This document shows, one piece after another, positions 51,870 to 61,151 of a stretch of DNA of 64,000 nucleotides. The first letter of the stretch is position 1, and each line of letters starts with the position of its first letter. The stretch lies in the sequence record MT150133.1; one strand, 5' to 3'. Made by a program: the position numbers and the translations under genes. Under the pieces are notes generated by a model, which was not told where the DNA came from, searched no databases, and was given only the letters and a program-made list of their open reading frames with translations. The DNA comes from Enterobacteria phage vB_EcoM_IME540.

Positions 51870-51894
51870 TTTATTTTCCTCTCATTTGTTGATA

Positions 51895-51931
51895 GGGTAA
51901 TCTTATCACTACCCTACCATATTGTATACTG
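51895..51931 (-). promoter_or_regulatory. early promoter (variant)
   Basis: GTATAC, 18 bp, TAAGAT with palindrome GGGTA..TACCC around -10. Confidence 0.4.
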
Positions 51932-51942
51932 TTTTTTAAACT

Positions 51943-52509
51943 TTATGCAAAATGAATATCAGCATACTCAACGATAAAGCTCTCAGGAACAACCTTAAAG
52001 GTTCCAAGGAATACGATGTTATAGAGCTTAACGCCTTCTTCAACCCATTGGTCTGTGATGTAACCGGACATACTAGTGGTTTCATAAGTCGGACCATACT
52101 TGCAATTGTATTCAAACGGTTTAGGTGAAACGAAAAAGACACCTTTACCCAATTTCCATTTGAAATCAACACCAACATGAGATTGGTCAATAGTTTCAAC
52201 GTCTTGAGCTACTACGCCACGGATATCATTGCTTTCACATACATACCTATCATGGGATTCAACTTCTTCAACTACAGGAGCGATGTATCCGGTAAATTCA
52301 GTCGATTCCAAGAATTTAGCACGCACATAAGCGAATTGAGTTTCAGTCTGGCCATTTTTAGGAATGATACGCACTTTTACTTCAGAATTTTCTACACTGA
52401 CACCTTCTTTAAGTTGGATGCTAACAACTTCAACTAAACGGCCTGCAGCTTTTGAACGAGACTTTTTGGATACACGAACGATACCGCCGATATCGGAAAT
52501 AGTAATCAT
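51943..52509 (-). CDS. hypothetical protein, paralog of 52583..53338 (shared C-terminal motif)
   Basis: C-terminus ITDQWVEEGVKLYNIVFLGTFKVVPESFIVEY aligns with VTDQWVEDGVELLNVVHAGDFSVVPRSAVVNVL. Confidence 0.5.
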   Translation of the reverse strand: MITISDIGGIVRVSKKSRSKAAGRLVEVVSIQLKEGVSVENSEVKVRIIPKNGQTETQFAYVRAKFLESTEFTGYIAPVVEEVESHDRYVCESNDIRGVVAQDVETIDQSHVGVDFKWKLGKGVFFVSPKPFEYNCKYGPTYETTSMSGYITDQWVEEGVKLYNIVFLGTFKVVPESFIVEYADIHFA

Positions 52510-52582
52510 AATTTTTCTCTCTTGGTTAAAGGTTTATAATCCATGAGAGCCATTATAACATGGCTCTCGATAAAGTAAACTA

Positions 52583-53338
52583 TTAATTCAATACATTAAC
52601 CACTGCACTACGAGGTACTACACTAAAATCACCAGCATGGACAACGTTCAGGAGCTCAACACCATCTTCAACCCACTGGTCTGTTACCCAACCACAGATA
52701 GGATTATCAAAAGGACGACGGATAGACACAGCAGCACACAACAGGTCGGTAGGGTCTTGTTCTTCAACTTCTTGGAACAGGATTAACTCTGCTTCATAAA
52801 CCAGGTTTTTCTCTACTTTGTTATTATCTAACCGGCGACCGTGGATGACATAAGATTTGGCAAACCAGTCACTTTTGGCAAATTCTTCAACAATAAATTC
52901 GCCTTCGCCAAAAACAGCAGTCAGAGTTTTATAACCAGAAATCAAGGCCTTAGTTTTAATTTCAGGTTCAACCAGTTTGTAGGTTTTGCCGATTTCGATA
53001 GTCTGAGTAGTCATAGGTGATTCCTTAATTTCCAGTGGTTTAACAGGGCATACATAAGTGCTTAAAACATCAAAATCAATTAGCTGGCTTGCCATTGGGG
53101 CCAAACGAATAAATGAATCAATTTCCCGTTGTGACAAGCGAATGGTGTGGATTTCCGGGACACCGCATTCTTGAACTGTTACAGATTTAATATTATCAAA
53201 CTCATCAGGTTCAATAGAAAGAATACGGAACTCGGTACCTTTAGTCATCTTTTTAAGGATGTCATAAGCTTGGTTGTGGAGCTTAAGGGCTGAAAACGGC
53301 GTAACAATATATTTGGCATTCGGATCAAAAGTGTTCAT
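52583..53338 (-). CDS. hypothetical protein, paralog of 51943..52509
   Basis: Shared C-terminal motif with neighbour; 251 aa. Confidence 0.5.
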   Translation of the reverse strand: MNTFDPNAKYIVTPFSALKLHNQAYDILKKMTKGTEFRILSIEPDEFDNIKSVTVQECGVPEIHTIRLSQREIDSFIRLAPMASQLIDFDVLSTYVCPVKPLEIKESPMTTQTIEIGKTYKLVEPEIKTKALISGYKTLTAVFGEGEFIVEEFAKSDWFAKSYVIHGRRLDNNKVEKNLVYEAELILFQEVEEQDPTDLLCAAVSIRRPFDNPICGWVTDQWVEDGVELLNVVHAGDFSVVPRSAVVNVLN

Positions 53339-53844
53339 AATTTTCTCATTTCAATAAAATCTACAAGTTCGGCATGGGATTTGCGGAACATTACTTGGCG
53401 GCCGCCGATGACAACCTCATCTTCTGGTATTTCGTAAACAGCGAGGTAAAATCCTTTAGAAGATAATTCTTCACGCTCTTCACGAGTGAACCAGCGCATC
53501 ATATCATACTCGCTGGCAAAAGCAAAATGGTAGAGGTTAACAAACCAACCTGGAATATAATCATCAGAGCCTTCATAATCAGACCGTTTCCACTTGGTTC
53601 TAATGGCTTTATTAGAATTTTCTACCAACAACTTATCTTGACCTGGTAGCGGAATATTTTTATTAATGCTATGATGATGCCTAAAATTAGGTCTGTTGAA
53701 ACCTACTTCCAATAACCAACCTTCACTCCACGGGTCCATTGTACTTCTATATGGAGTCATTTGGATACAGAGGTCTCGACGTATTGTTACAGCATCTTCA
53801 TAATCTAGGATACTGAACGATGACTCCACTCGATAAATTTTCAT
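53335..53844 (-). CDS. hypothetical protein
   Basis: ORF track; own early promoter. Confidence 0.45.
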   Translation of the reverse strand: MKIYRVESSFSILDYEDAVTIRRDLCIQMTPYRSTMDPWSEGWLLEVGFNRPNFRHHHSINKNIPLPGQDKLLVENSNKAIRTKWKRSDYEGSDDYIPGWFVNLYHFAFASEYDMMRWFTREEREELSSKGFYLAVYEIPEDEVVIGGRQVMFRKSHAELVDFIEMRKL

Positions 53845-53866
53845 TTTGTTCTCCTCATGTTGATAG

Positions 53867-53902
53867 GGTAGATAATATCATGTCATGAGGAGAAGTAAAC
53901 AT
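53867..53902 (-). promoter_or_regulatory. early promoter
   Basis: GTTTAC, 17 bp, TG-extended TATTAT. Confidence 0.55.
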
Positions 53903-53904
53903 TT

Positions 53905-54579
53905 TTATCGATTTTTTATACTTAATGGGTCAGGATTCTCAGGGACATCTTCCAGGCCCAAAGCGTATCGTTGGGCATATTTAAGCATCAGGATATCCTT
54001 AGCACAGTCATGGATGGAGTCATGGGCAACAAAGCCATTCAATGTTCCGTTAGGCAGAGGACACATGCTCAATCCACGAGTTAGTGAATATGCTTCAATA
54101 GCCGTACGGATATCGCGTTGGTTCCAGAATTTAACCGGTTCTAATTTACTGGTATCAATTTCATTCTCGGGAACACCTTCAGAACGATAAGCATCACGAA
54201 TAAGGTCGACTAAGATAGGAAAGTCAAATGACATTCCACGGCACCACATCTGTGATTTCCATTGGTCTACTTCGTTTTTACGGCAGTATTCCAGGAAATT
54301 GCCAAGGCCGATAGAAGTGGACACATCAATTTCGGATGGCGCCAGGTTTTTACGTGCTTCAGGCCCTTGCTCTTTCCACCACTGCAACGTGCTTTTAGAA
54401 AACAGTCGTCTATCACGTTGAGAAGCGAGGTCAAATTTAATACGAAGGCCTCGTTGAGTAAGCTCTTCAAACGTTTCTACAACCTCTGGATTAGGGTCAT
54501 AAGCAATTACCGCGAGGTCAATAACCGCCGCATTTTGGGTTGTGGCAAAGGTTTCGAAGTCGATAATTATATCTTTCAT
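53905..54579 (-). CDS. dexA: exonuclease A (DnaQ-like 3'-5' exonuclease)
   Basis: IIDFET Exo I motif, 224 aa, position next to dda as in T4. Confidence 0.85.
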   Translation of the reverse strand: MKDIIIDFETFATTQNAAVIDLAVIAYDPNPEVVETFEELTQRGLRIKFDLASQRDRRLFSKSTLQWWKEQGPEARKNLAPSEIDVSTSIGLGNFLEYCRKNEVDQWKSQMWCRGMSFDFPILVDLIRDAYRSEGVPENEIDTSKLEPVKFWNQRDIRTAIEAYSLTRGLSMCPLPNGTLNGFVAHDSIHDCAKDILMLKYAQRYALGLEDVPENPDPLSIKNR

Positions 54580-54815
54580 TTAACATACCTCATAAGGTCA
54601 CGGATTTGACCGACGGTGTAGTCTTCAATATAAACCGAAGAGATATTGTCGTCCATCAGTTTTTGTACAGCAATAAAATCACTTTCAATCTCTTTAAGAG
54701 AATGCAAGACCTTATGAGCCTTGCCACGAATATTTGTATCGTCTTGGTTGACCTTAATAATATATTCGGTTTCAAATTTCAACTTATAAAATTGGTCTTT
54801 AGTTACTTTAATCAT
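54576..54815 (-). CDS. hypothetical protein
   Basis: ORF track trimmed to MIKVTKD ATG with GAGGAAA Shine-Dalgarno. Confidence 0.4.
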   Translation of the reverse strand: MIKVTKDQFYKLKFETEYIIKVNQDDTNIRGKAHKVLHSLKEIESDFIAVQKLMDDNISSVYIEDYTVGQIRDLMRYVK

Positions 54816-54822
54816 ATTTTCC

Positions 54823-56154
54823 TCAAACGTAATAAGCGTCAGTACGAGCACGAGTAATACTAACATAAGCCAGCTGTGAAGCTAAATTCACATCAGCCAT
54901 GTGCATACACGGGGTATAGATGAAACTGTTCTGGACTGTGAGGCCTTGTGATTTATGGACCGTGCTTACAGGAAGAGCTCGAACCTTAGTAAACATTCTC
55001 TTAGCTTTCCAAAAATCAGCCCACTTAGGTTTCTTACCCGTTCCACGCATGGCTTTGTACTCAGTAGCAACCTTAGCCAAGAAATAATGAAACTTCTCAA
55101 CTGAAGCCTCATCGATAACCTTTAAATGCTCTACGTAATACTCATCATCTTCATCGACGGATTCTACTTGAAGGTCCCAGTAATTAATCATTTGACGGGT
55201 GCCTACATCCTTAGCAGACAAGAACAATGAGGTGTGGTTCACATCCAGAATACGAACCATTTGTCCGTTATTAAAAATGGTTTCAGAGAATTTCTTACCG
55301 TCGTATTCAAGTTCCTTCATAAAAGGCTCTTGCATCACTAGGATTTCGCCCTTGATATAAGGCGCATCGGTTTCATAAAGCTTTTTACGAATAATACTAT
55401 TCAGCTTTTCAACCGATTTATTTGTATAAGCAAACATCCTATTTTCAAATAAGGCATCCGCGTCTTTTACGATGGAAAAATAATTCATCATAAAATCTTT
55501 TAAAGCAGTTTGAGATTTAAAGCCATGGACACCATGTCCTTCGAATACACAATCTCTAAACCATCCGCCATTACGGATTTCGGTAGCCACCTCAATGATA
55601 GGAGCATTACTACGCATTACTTCAGTCAAATGCAATTGCTTGATTTTTGGATGAGTAAAGAACGGAGACAACTGTGGACTACCATCACTTCCAGGTTCCA
55701 CTGGCTGTAGCTGAGCTCTGTCGCCAATCCCTAATACAGTACACCATGGCGGCACAGAAGATTCGATAATCTTAAACAGCTTACCGTCAATCATCGAGCC
55801 TTCATCAACGACCAGCACATTACATTTGCTCAAGTCAGGAGCTTCGCGTTGTTCAAAGATGTCCTGGTCTTCGTATGTGGTAGGGTTAATCTTTAAGATT
55901 CTATGGATTGTTGATGCTTCTTGACCTGCGAGTTTCGACAACACCTTTTTGGCCGCATGAGTAGGTGCAGTCAAAATAACTCCGAGTTCACCATTCTTGA
56001 CTAGATGGTCAAGAATAAATTTGGTAAGGGTTGTTTTACCCGTACCGGCAGGGCCATTCAATGTAATCCATTCGCCCTTACGTCGTTTAATGGCTTCAAT
56101 GATTTCTTTAAAAGCCGTCCTCTGGCCGATATTCAAGTCTTCAAATGTAATCAT
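54823..56154 (-). CDS. dda: DNA helicase Dda (SF1B)
   Basis: 443 aa; near-colinear with T4 Dda including Walker A GPAGTGKTT. Confidence 0.92.
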   Translation of the reverse strand: MITFEDLNIGQRTAFKEIIEAIKRRKGEWITLNGPAGTGKTTLTKFILDHLVKNGELGVILTAPTHAAKKVLSKLAGQEASTIHRILKINPTTYEDQDIFEQREAPDLSKCNVLVVDEGSMIDGKLFKIIESSVPPWCTVLGIGDRAQLQPVEPGSDGSPQLSPFFTHPKIKQLHLTEVMRSNAPIIEVATEIRNGGWFRDCVFEGHGVHGFKSQTALKDFMMNYFSIVKDADALFENRMFAYTNKSVEKLNSIIRKKLYETDAPYIKGEILVMQEPFMKELEYDGKKFSETIFNNGQMVRILDVNHTSLFLSAKDVGTRQMINYWDLQVESVDEDDEYYVEHLKVIDEASVEKFHYFLAKVATEYKAMRGTGKKPKWADFWKAKRMFTKVRALPVSTVHKSQGLTVQNSFIYTPCMHMADVNLASQLAYVSITRARTDAYYV

Positions 56155-56447
56155 GCCAATTTTACTCGCTTAACATATAAAGTGTCTAAAACTAATTTAA
56201 GTTCTCGGGCCCGTTCTTCAGTAGGATATACGGTTTTAGTTTCCCGCTTATCAAACCACCATTTTCTAGGTGTGTACACTGTTTCAATGCGTCCCTTACT
56301 TAAATATAGTTTTGTAGTGTATGAATACCCAGCGCATTCTAAATCAGCAGCGGCTTTTGTGGAATATAAGGTCACCTTTCCTTCATATTCCAATGGAATT
56401 TCGTACCCATCTTTGTCCTTGTGAACTAATACGTATGCATAGTACAT
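56151..56447 (-). CDS. hypothetical protein
   Basis: ORF track (track start is GTG at 56450; ATG at 56447). Confidence 0.45.
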   Translation of the reverse strand: MYYAYVLVHKDKDGYEIPLEYEGKVTLYSTKAAADLECAGYSYTTKLYLSKGRIETVYTPRKWWFDKRETKTVYPTEERARELKLVLDTLYVKRVKLA

Positions 56448-56451
56448 CACG

Positions 56452-57198
56452 TTAACCTCTAATCAGTGAAAAAATTGAAGCATTCAGCGGAAGACCTTTT
56501 TTCAACTTCATTTTGTCAATAAAAGAAAGGTGTTCTAAACGCTCCAGACCTTGAATAATTTTATCATACATATCGTAACGCGTTTCTGCTTCAGACAATT
56601 TAAACTTGACACGCCAATCAGGCCCACCAATTAAAGATTTAAGACCCTTTTCCATAGTACCTATTGAAGCGTTAGAACCGTGGATACGAGCTTTAACCGC
56701 GATAACAGAAGGGGTCTTATCAGTAGCTCCTGATTTAATAAGGTCTTTAAGACGTTTTTCACGCTTTTTAAGACCTCTTTGGGTATCTTTAATATTTTTA
56801 ACGATTTTACGAATTTTATAATAATTATCGGGGGTAACTTTAAAACTATTAGGCATTTTAGAACTACCTGAAATACGGACCGCTAAACGGGTCTGGGCTC
56901 GTTTCAATTCATCTAGAGACAAATCGGCACGTAAACTGTTGTACTTAACTTTAACTGGGATTACATTACCTTCAATATAACCAATATCGTTATTAAAACG
57001 TTCAAATGAAATCTTATCATTAACTGAATTCTCATCAAAGCACTCGCCTGAATAAGCACACACTTTTTGTTCGAGAAGTCTACGAACATACTTACTAGAT
57101 AGGTTGAAGTCCTTACCGCGTTTATAAGCAGAAGCTTTGGTGTGTTTGCGGCGGTTGTAAACCTTTAACTCAAATTCAGTAGTCATGATTTTTCTCAT
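56452..57198 (-). CDS. hypothetical protein at the position of T4 srd
   Basis: 248 aa, adjacent to dda; own early promoter; assignment by position and size only. Confidence 0.4.
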   Translation of the reverse strand: MRKIMTTEFELKVYNRRKHTKASAYKRGKDFNLSSKYVRRLLEQKVCAYSGECFDENSVNDKISFERFNNDIGYIEGNVIPVKVKYNSLRADLSLDELKRAQTRLAVRISGSSKMPNSFKVTPDNYYKIRKIVKNIKDTQRGLKKREKRLKDLIKSGATDKTPSVIAVKARIHGSNASIGTMEKGLKSLIGGPDWRVKFKLSEAETRYDMYDKIIQGLERLEHLSFIDKMKLKKGLPLNASIFSLIRG

Positions 57199-57219
57199 CT
57201 TACGGACGATTAGTTGATA

Positions 57220-57255
57220 GGTCTATAGTATCATGTTGCTAGGTAAAGTAAACAC
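57220..57255 (-). promoter_or_regulatory. early promoter
   Basis: GTTTAC, 17 bp, TG-extended TACTAT. Confidence 0.6.
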
Positions 57256-57322
57256 TTTTTTGCTTTAAATTTTCGACGGTATAATGAATCAAGGACTTTG
57301 CCTTTCAATTAAACCGGGTGGT

Positions 57323-57937
57323 TCAGTAAGAAAGAACGGAAAGATTCCAAATGGTGTAATTATTCCATTTAGGATTTCTCTCAATAGAGTCTATGCGCAG
57401 CGTAGTTCCCGCAGGGAACATCATCTCATCTTCATCATTGATTAATTGTAAGTTTGCTACACGGGTAGATTCAGGAAATGCACCTGGGAACTCTTCAGGG
57501 GGCGCGGCACATAACATTTTAAAGATTTCTTCCTGATAATTGTACACAAATGGTGCATCATTAATACAAAAGATATTAAATGTGCCGTAGAAGTTATAAG
57601 ATGCGAAGTTACGAGCTACATTGAAATCTTTTGAGAAGCTCATTACTCGGTCGAATTCAATTACGGCACCTACACACATAGTAGATTCAAGATATGCCAT
57701 AGTCTTCTTAGAAATCCCACGGTACAACTTGTCAGGCACTGCAGAAGTCAGGTTCTTACGAATAATTTTGTTCAGAGTTTCCTGGATATTATCTGGTTTA
57801 TTTTCCATGCACTGCCAGAGGGTACTCTGTTCTAAATCAGAATACACCTCATCAATTTCTATCTGAGTATTCTCACGGAAATCATCGCATTTGGCATTGT
57901 TGATAAATTCTGCTAATTTATGGCTTGGATATAACAT
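57323..57937 (-). CDS. Mod-like ADP-ribosyltransferase (ModA/ModB family)
   Basis: R-S-ExE type pattern (LYRG, SFSKD, acidic EDEMMF) and position after srd/dda as in T4 modA/modB. Confidence 0.65.
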   Translation of the reverse strand: MLYPSHKLAEFINNAKCDDFRENTQIEIDEVYSDLEQSTLWQCMENKPDNIQETLNKIIRKNLTSAVPDKLYRGISKKTMAYLESTMCVGAVIEFDRVMSFSKDFNVARNFASYNFYGTFNIFCINDAPFVYNYQEEIFKMLCAAPPEEFPGAFPESTRVANLQLINDEDEMMFPAGTTLRIDSIERNPKWNNYTIWNLSVLSY

Positions 57938-57957
57938 ATTATTCTCCTCAGTTGGTA

Positions 57958-57994
57958 GAAAGATAGTACCACAAGCTTCCTTGCCTGTAAACTA
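57958..57994 (-). promoter_or_regulatory. early promoter for Mod-like gene
   Basis: GTTTAC/TTTACA, 17-18 bp, TACTAT. Confidence 0.5.
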
Positions 57995-58561
57995 AAAATC
58001 CAACATTTTTAAATGAATTGTTTTATACTCGATTTCGTACGGGTCTCTTTTGACGGTTTCGATTGCAACAATCTCAAATCGCGATTGGCTGGAGACCATG
58101 AACTCACATTCAGTTTCAACCATATCATAGAGGTCAATACGAGTTTCATCAATTTCAAGGTCGTCTACATTCCCTGCAAGAACAAGGTCGATAGCATGGT
58201 TGTAGTAGTCGAAAATGAACGGTGCATTCCTGAGACTTAAAATGGTTTTGGTTCCGTATTCCCATGCCCCTGCAAACTGACGAGCCTGAGAGTATTGTGT
58301 ACTAAAAGAAGTAACGCGACCAGGAGACCATTGACACCCAACAGAAAGAACTTCAAGTTGCTCAAGTTCTCTGGTGGTAATCCCACGATAAAGCTCTACC
58401 GGAACCGCTGAAGTAACATGCTTACGAACTAGCTTATCAAGGTCGTAATGTAAGTTAGGGTCTTTTTTGGCATCTAGACATTTTTCTAAAAGATTCTGTT
58501 CGTGTTTTGAGAATTTGGAATTGATTCGGTCTTGATAAAGACATTTTTGTTCGATGTTCAT
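57992..58561 (-). CDS. Mod-like ADP-ribosyltransferase (ModA/ModB family)
   Basis: LYRG, TSFSTQYSQAR, ECEFMVSS motifs; paralog of adjacent gene. Confidence 0.65.
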   Translation of the reverse strand: MNIEQKCLYQDRINSKFSKHEQNLLEKCLDAKKDPNLHYDLDKLVRKHVTSAVPVELYRGITTRELEQLEVLSVGCQWSPGRVTSFSTQYSQARQFAGAWEYGTKTILSLRNAPFIFDYYNHAIDLVLAGNVDDLEIDETRIDLYDMVETECEFMVSSQSRFEIVAIETVKRDPYEIEYKTIHLKMLDF

Positions 58562-58564
58562 ATG

Positions 58565-58585
58565 ACCTCCAGTGATTTAGAGGTC
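58565..58585 (-). promoter_or_regulatory. 5' leader hairpin sequestering the Shine-Dalgarno of the Mod-like gene
   Basis: Inverted repeat GACCTC/GAGGTC with 9-nt loop; 3' arm contains GGAGGU 5 nt before AUG at 58561. Confidence 0.4.
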
Positions 58586-58616
58586 ATTATAACATGAAGG
58601 GAGGAGGTGTAAAACT
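58586..58616 (-). promoter_or_regulatory. early promoter for upstream Mod-like gene
   Basis: TTTTAC, 17 bp, TG-extended TATAAT. Confidence 0.5.
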
Positions 58617-58805
58617 TTATTTTACCCAAGGAGCCCAGGGTGGAGGGTCTAAGTAATAAGAAGCTAGGTCACTAAGAACATCTTTAGGCAACTTAAAACC
58701 ATGCTTCTGTATAATCATATCAAGTTCGTTGACGAGGTCAACAGGCGGCTCCTGAGTTGTTTCAGGCTCAGGGTCCGGAATGACAAACATATCAAATAAG
58801 TCCAT
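58617..58805 (-). CDS. hypothetical protein
   Basis: ORF track. Confidence 0.35.
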   Translation of the reverse strand: MDLFDMFVIPDPEPETTQEPPVDLVNELDMIIQKHGFKLPKDVLSDLASYYLDPPPWAPWVK

Positions 58806-59296
58806 TAGTAACCACCGATAGGACCGTAGCCATACATACGAGCTCGCGCCTTAGCATCGCAAATAGCGTCTTCAGTCATGGTAAAGCGCAATCCAATATC
58901 AAAGTGTTTCCAAATCTGACGTTCGACTTCAGTAAGGTCTTCGGTGGTGGAAATCAAATATGTATGACCTTTAAGACGCTCATTTGCCATTTTATCTCTA
59001 TCTTTATAGAAAATGTCCATTGTTCCTTCAGCATAAGGGTCTGCCGGATAACGATAACCCTTGATATGTAATGCTTCGGCCAGGCTAAAAGGACAACCTT
59101 CAGCAACATCAACATTTTTATTATGATACGCCTTCATTAGAATATTTTCTGGCGGCTTAATATCTTTTAATCGTGTTTCTAACTGGGTTATAGAATTCGT
59201 GCCATTATCGACAAGGATAAGACATGCCGTAGCATCATAAGGTCGCGTTTGTCCGGCAGAATCACGTACATGGAATTCGAGTTCATAGACTTTCAT
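58805..59296 (-). CDS. hypothetical protein
   Basis: ORF track. Confidence 0.45.
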   Translation of the reverse strand: MKVYELEFHVRDSAGQTRPYDATACLILVDNGTNSITQLETRLKDIKPPENILMKAYHNKNVDVAEGCPFSLAEALHIKGYRYPADPYAEGTMDIFYKDRDKMANERLKGHTYLISTTEDLTEVERQIWKHFDIGLRFTMTEDAICDAKARARMYGYGPIGGY

Positions 59297-59450
59297 TATA
59301 TTTTCCTCTTTTTAGTTTACCTACTAAAGGACCATCCGGAATTTTATTTTCTTGGATGTATTTCTCGTTTTCTTCCATCATTTTACTACCAATTTTAAGA
59401 AGCAAATCCAGTGCCTCTTTAGCTTGTTTTTCGGCCTCTTCAGTAGTCAT
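59283..59450 (-). CDS. small hypothetical protein (55 aa)
   Basis: Hand-translated [23 protein letters not shown]...; ATGA overlap with upstream stop; below track cut-off. Confidence 0.3.
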   Translation of the reverse strand: MTTEEAEKQAKEALDLLLKIGSKMMEENEKYIQENKIPDGPLVGKLKRGKYNESL

Positions 59451-59647
59451 GATTTATCCCCATAGATGTCACGCATAATTCTAAGAGCTTCGCGTTCTAA
59501 TTTCTTTTCGCGTTCTTCACGGATACCTTTAAGAATCCATTCTTCGGACTCGCGTTTCATTTCTGCATTAGCTTGGTCCAACCACCCGTCATCAAGATAA
59601 TCACCAGGACGGTCTAGCCAATCTTTAAGCCATGATAAAGGTTTCAT
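59447..59647 (-). CDS. hypothetical protein
   Basis: ORF track (track start is TTG; ATG at 59647). Confidence 0.4.
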   Translation of the reverse strand: MKPLSWLKDWLDRPGDYLDDGWLDQANAEMKRESEEWILKGIREEREKKLEREALRIMRDIYGDKS

Positions 59648-59964
59648 CAATCACACGAGCCGGACGATGAGCCACAGCTTCCTGAGTCAGAATAAGACGA
59701 ATCGCCGGTCCATGAACTAACAGCAGCCGCAACCATAATAGGAGTACTATCAATATGGCTTGTGCGACGAGCTTCTAAATGTTCTTTAAACTTTTTAGAA
59801 TTCAAAGGAAGGGCACCCAGGCCCACATTACCTGCTTTTTCAGGTTGCCGTATAACTTCTTCCATCATACCATCGCCCACATAAACATATTCCTTCAGAC
59901 CTGAGATAGGAACCACCCCTTCACCAGGTTTGGTCTTGAAAAAATTCTTAAGCCAACGAATCAT
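59647..59964 (-). CDS. hypothetical protein
   Basis: ORF track; ATGA overlap with upstream stop. Confidence 0.4.
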   Translation of the reverse strand: MIRWLKNFFKTKPGEGVVPISGLKEYVYVGDGMMEEVIRQPEKAGNVGLGALPLNSKKFKEHLEARRTSHIDSTPIMVAAAVSSWTGDSSYSDSGSCGSSSGSCD

Positions 59965-60206
59965 AGGAAACCTCGTTTAAATTCAACTTTATCAATATCA
60001 TCAGTCTCGTGACGGATTTCGGCATTAAATTCGATAGAACCGTCTTCATGCATCATAAATGAATGGACAATAACTTCGGTATACCAAGGCGTATAGAAGT
60101 ACTTTTTCAATACATGATTAGCGATAATTTCATCTAAAGTTTTATTTGGTTTAATCCAACGATTTAACATAGCATTCTCCTCTATAAGATAAGACCATCT
60201 TAACAT
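59961..60206 (-). CDS. hypothetical protein
   Basis: ORF track. Confidence 0.4.
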   Translation of the reverse strand: MLRWSYLIEENAMLNRWIKPNKTLDEIIANHVLKKYFYTPWYTEVIVHSFMMHEDGSIEFNAEIRHETDDIDKVEFKRGFL

Positions 60207-60240
60207 AACCTTCTTAGAAAGTAAACCCTTAAAACCAAAA

Positions 60241-60258
60241 AAGGAACCCGAAGGTTCC
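60241..60258 (-). terminator. rho-independent terminator after soc
   Basis: AGGAACC-UUCG-GGUUCCU followed by UUUUUUGGUUUU. Confidence 0.65.
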
Positions 60259-60264
60259 TTATAA

Positions 60265-60498
60265 TTAAACTACTGGGGTAGGCGTAAACATCGCCGCGTT
60301 CTTAGTTCGCCAATCGGCTGCATCAGTTACTACAGTAGTGTATGCCGCCTTTTCAGAAGGAAATGTCTGATAGTGTGCATTCGCAATACGATGCTCGTTT
60401 GAATAGATTTCAAACGGAACAGATACTTCAACACCTTTAACTTCTTTACCTTCACCAGCCGGATGCGTAAAGGTTTTGATATTAACGAAACCACCCAT
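60265..60498 (-). CDS. soc: small outer capsid protein
   Basis: 77 aa; resembles T4 Soc (VNIKTF...AHYQTFPSEKAAY); TATAAATA late promoter upstream, UUCG terminator downstream. Confidence 0.8.
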   Translation of the reverse strand: MGGFVNIKTFTHPAGEGKEVKGVEVSVPFEIYSNEHRIANAHYQTFPSEKAAYTTVVTDAADWRTKNAAMFTPTPVV

Positions 60499-60529
60499 AA
60501 TTAACTCCTTTGTTGTTTAATTACAGGTG

Positions 60530-60537
60530 TATTTATA
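60530..60537 (-). promoter_or_regulatory. late promoter for soc
   Basis: Exact TATAAATA on minus strand ~30 nt upstream of soc ATG. Confidence 0.65.
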
Positions 60538-60539
60538 AC

Positions 60540-61061
60540 TTAATAACCTCGGTCCTGGCGAGCAAAGTTCTCGGCATTTTTCAGATAATACAGTTTAAAG
60601 ATTTCTTCAGCAGTCAGACCAAGACCTTGGAACATATTCAGAACGAAATGGAGAATATCGATCATTTCAAATTTAATTTCGAGCTGGTCTTCAGGAGACA
60701 AATCGTTAATCAAGGTTTCACGACGTTCAGCATGCTGAGCTTTCCAAGGCTTCCATACTGCTGATGCATCTTTTTCACCATTGCTCATACCACCAAGAGA
60801 AGTCAGAAGTTCACGGAATTCATCATCAATATAATCTTTCTGATTACGCAGCCAATCAACAACTTCACCTGCAGTAGCCAAATCATCAGGATGACGGTTG
60901 TATTCAGGTTTATCTTTAGATAAACGGACCTGTAATGATTTCTGCATATCAAGCATAACCTGCAGAGGGTCTTTATCTTCATGAATCAGAGCATTAAAAT
61001 AAGCTTCCTCAGCTTTATCAACACCAGCAATTAGGTTTGCGCATTCGTTAAAGTGTGCCAT
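60540..61061 (-). CDS. 56: dCTPase/dUTPase (MazG-like)
   Basis: Resembles T4 gp56 (MAHFNECA...DPLQVMLDMQ...IDDEFRELLTSLG...FARQDRGY); start at MAHFNE. Confidence 0.85.
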   Translation of the reverse strand: MAHFNECANLIAGVDKAEEAYFNALIHEDKDPLQVMLDMQKSLQVRLSKDKPEYNRHPDDLATAGEVVDWLRNQKDYIDDEFRELLTSLGGMSNGEKDASAVWKPWKAQHAERRETLINDLSPEDQLEIKFEMIDILHFVLNMFQGLGLTAEEIFKLYYLKNAENFARQDRGY

Positions 61062-61151
61062 TATATTTTTCCTTTTCAATTCATTAGTAAGTTAGATAAT
61101 TATAAACTGTTAGATTAAAGCGAATAAATATTAATTTAACAGGAGGATAAC

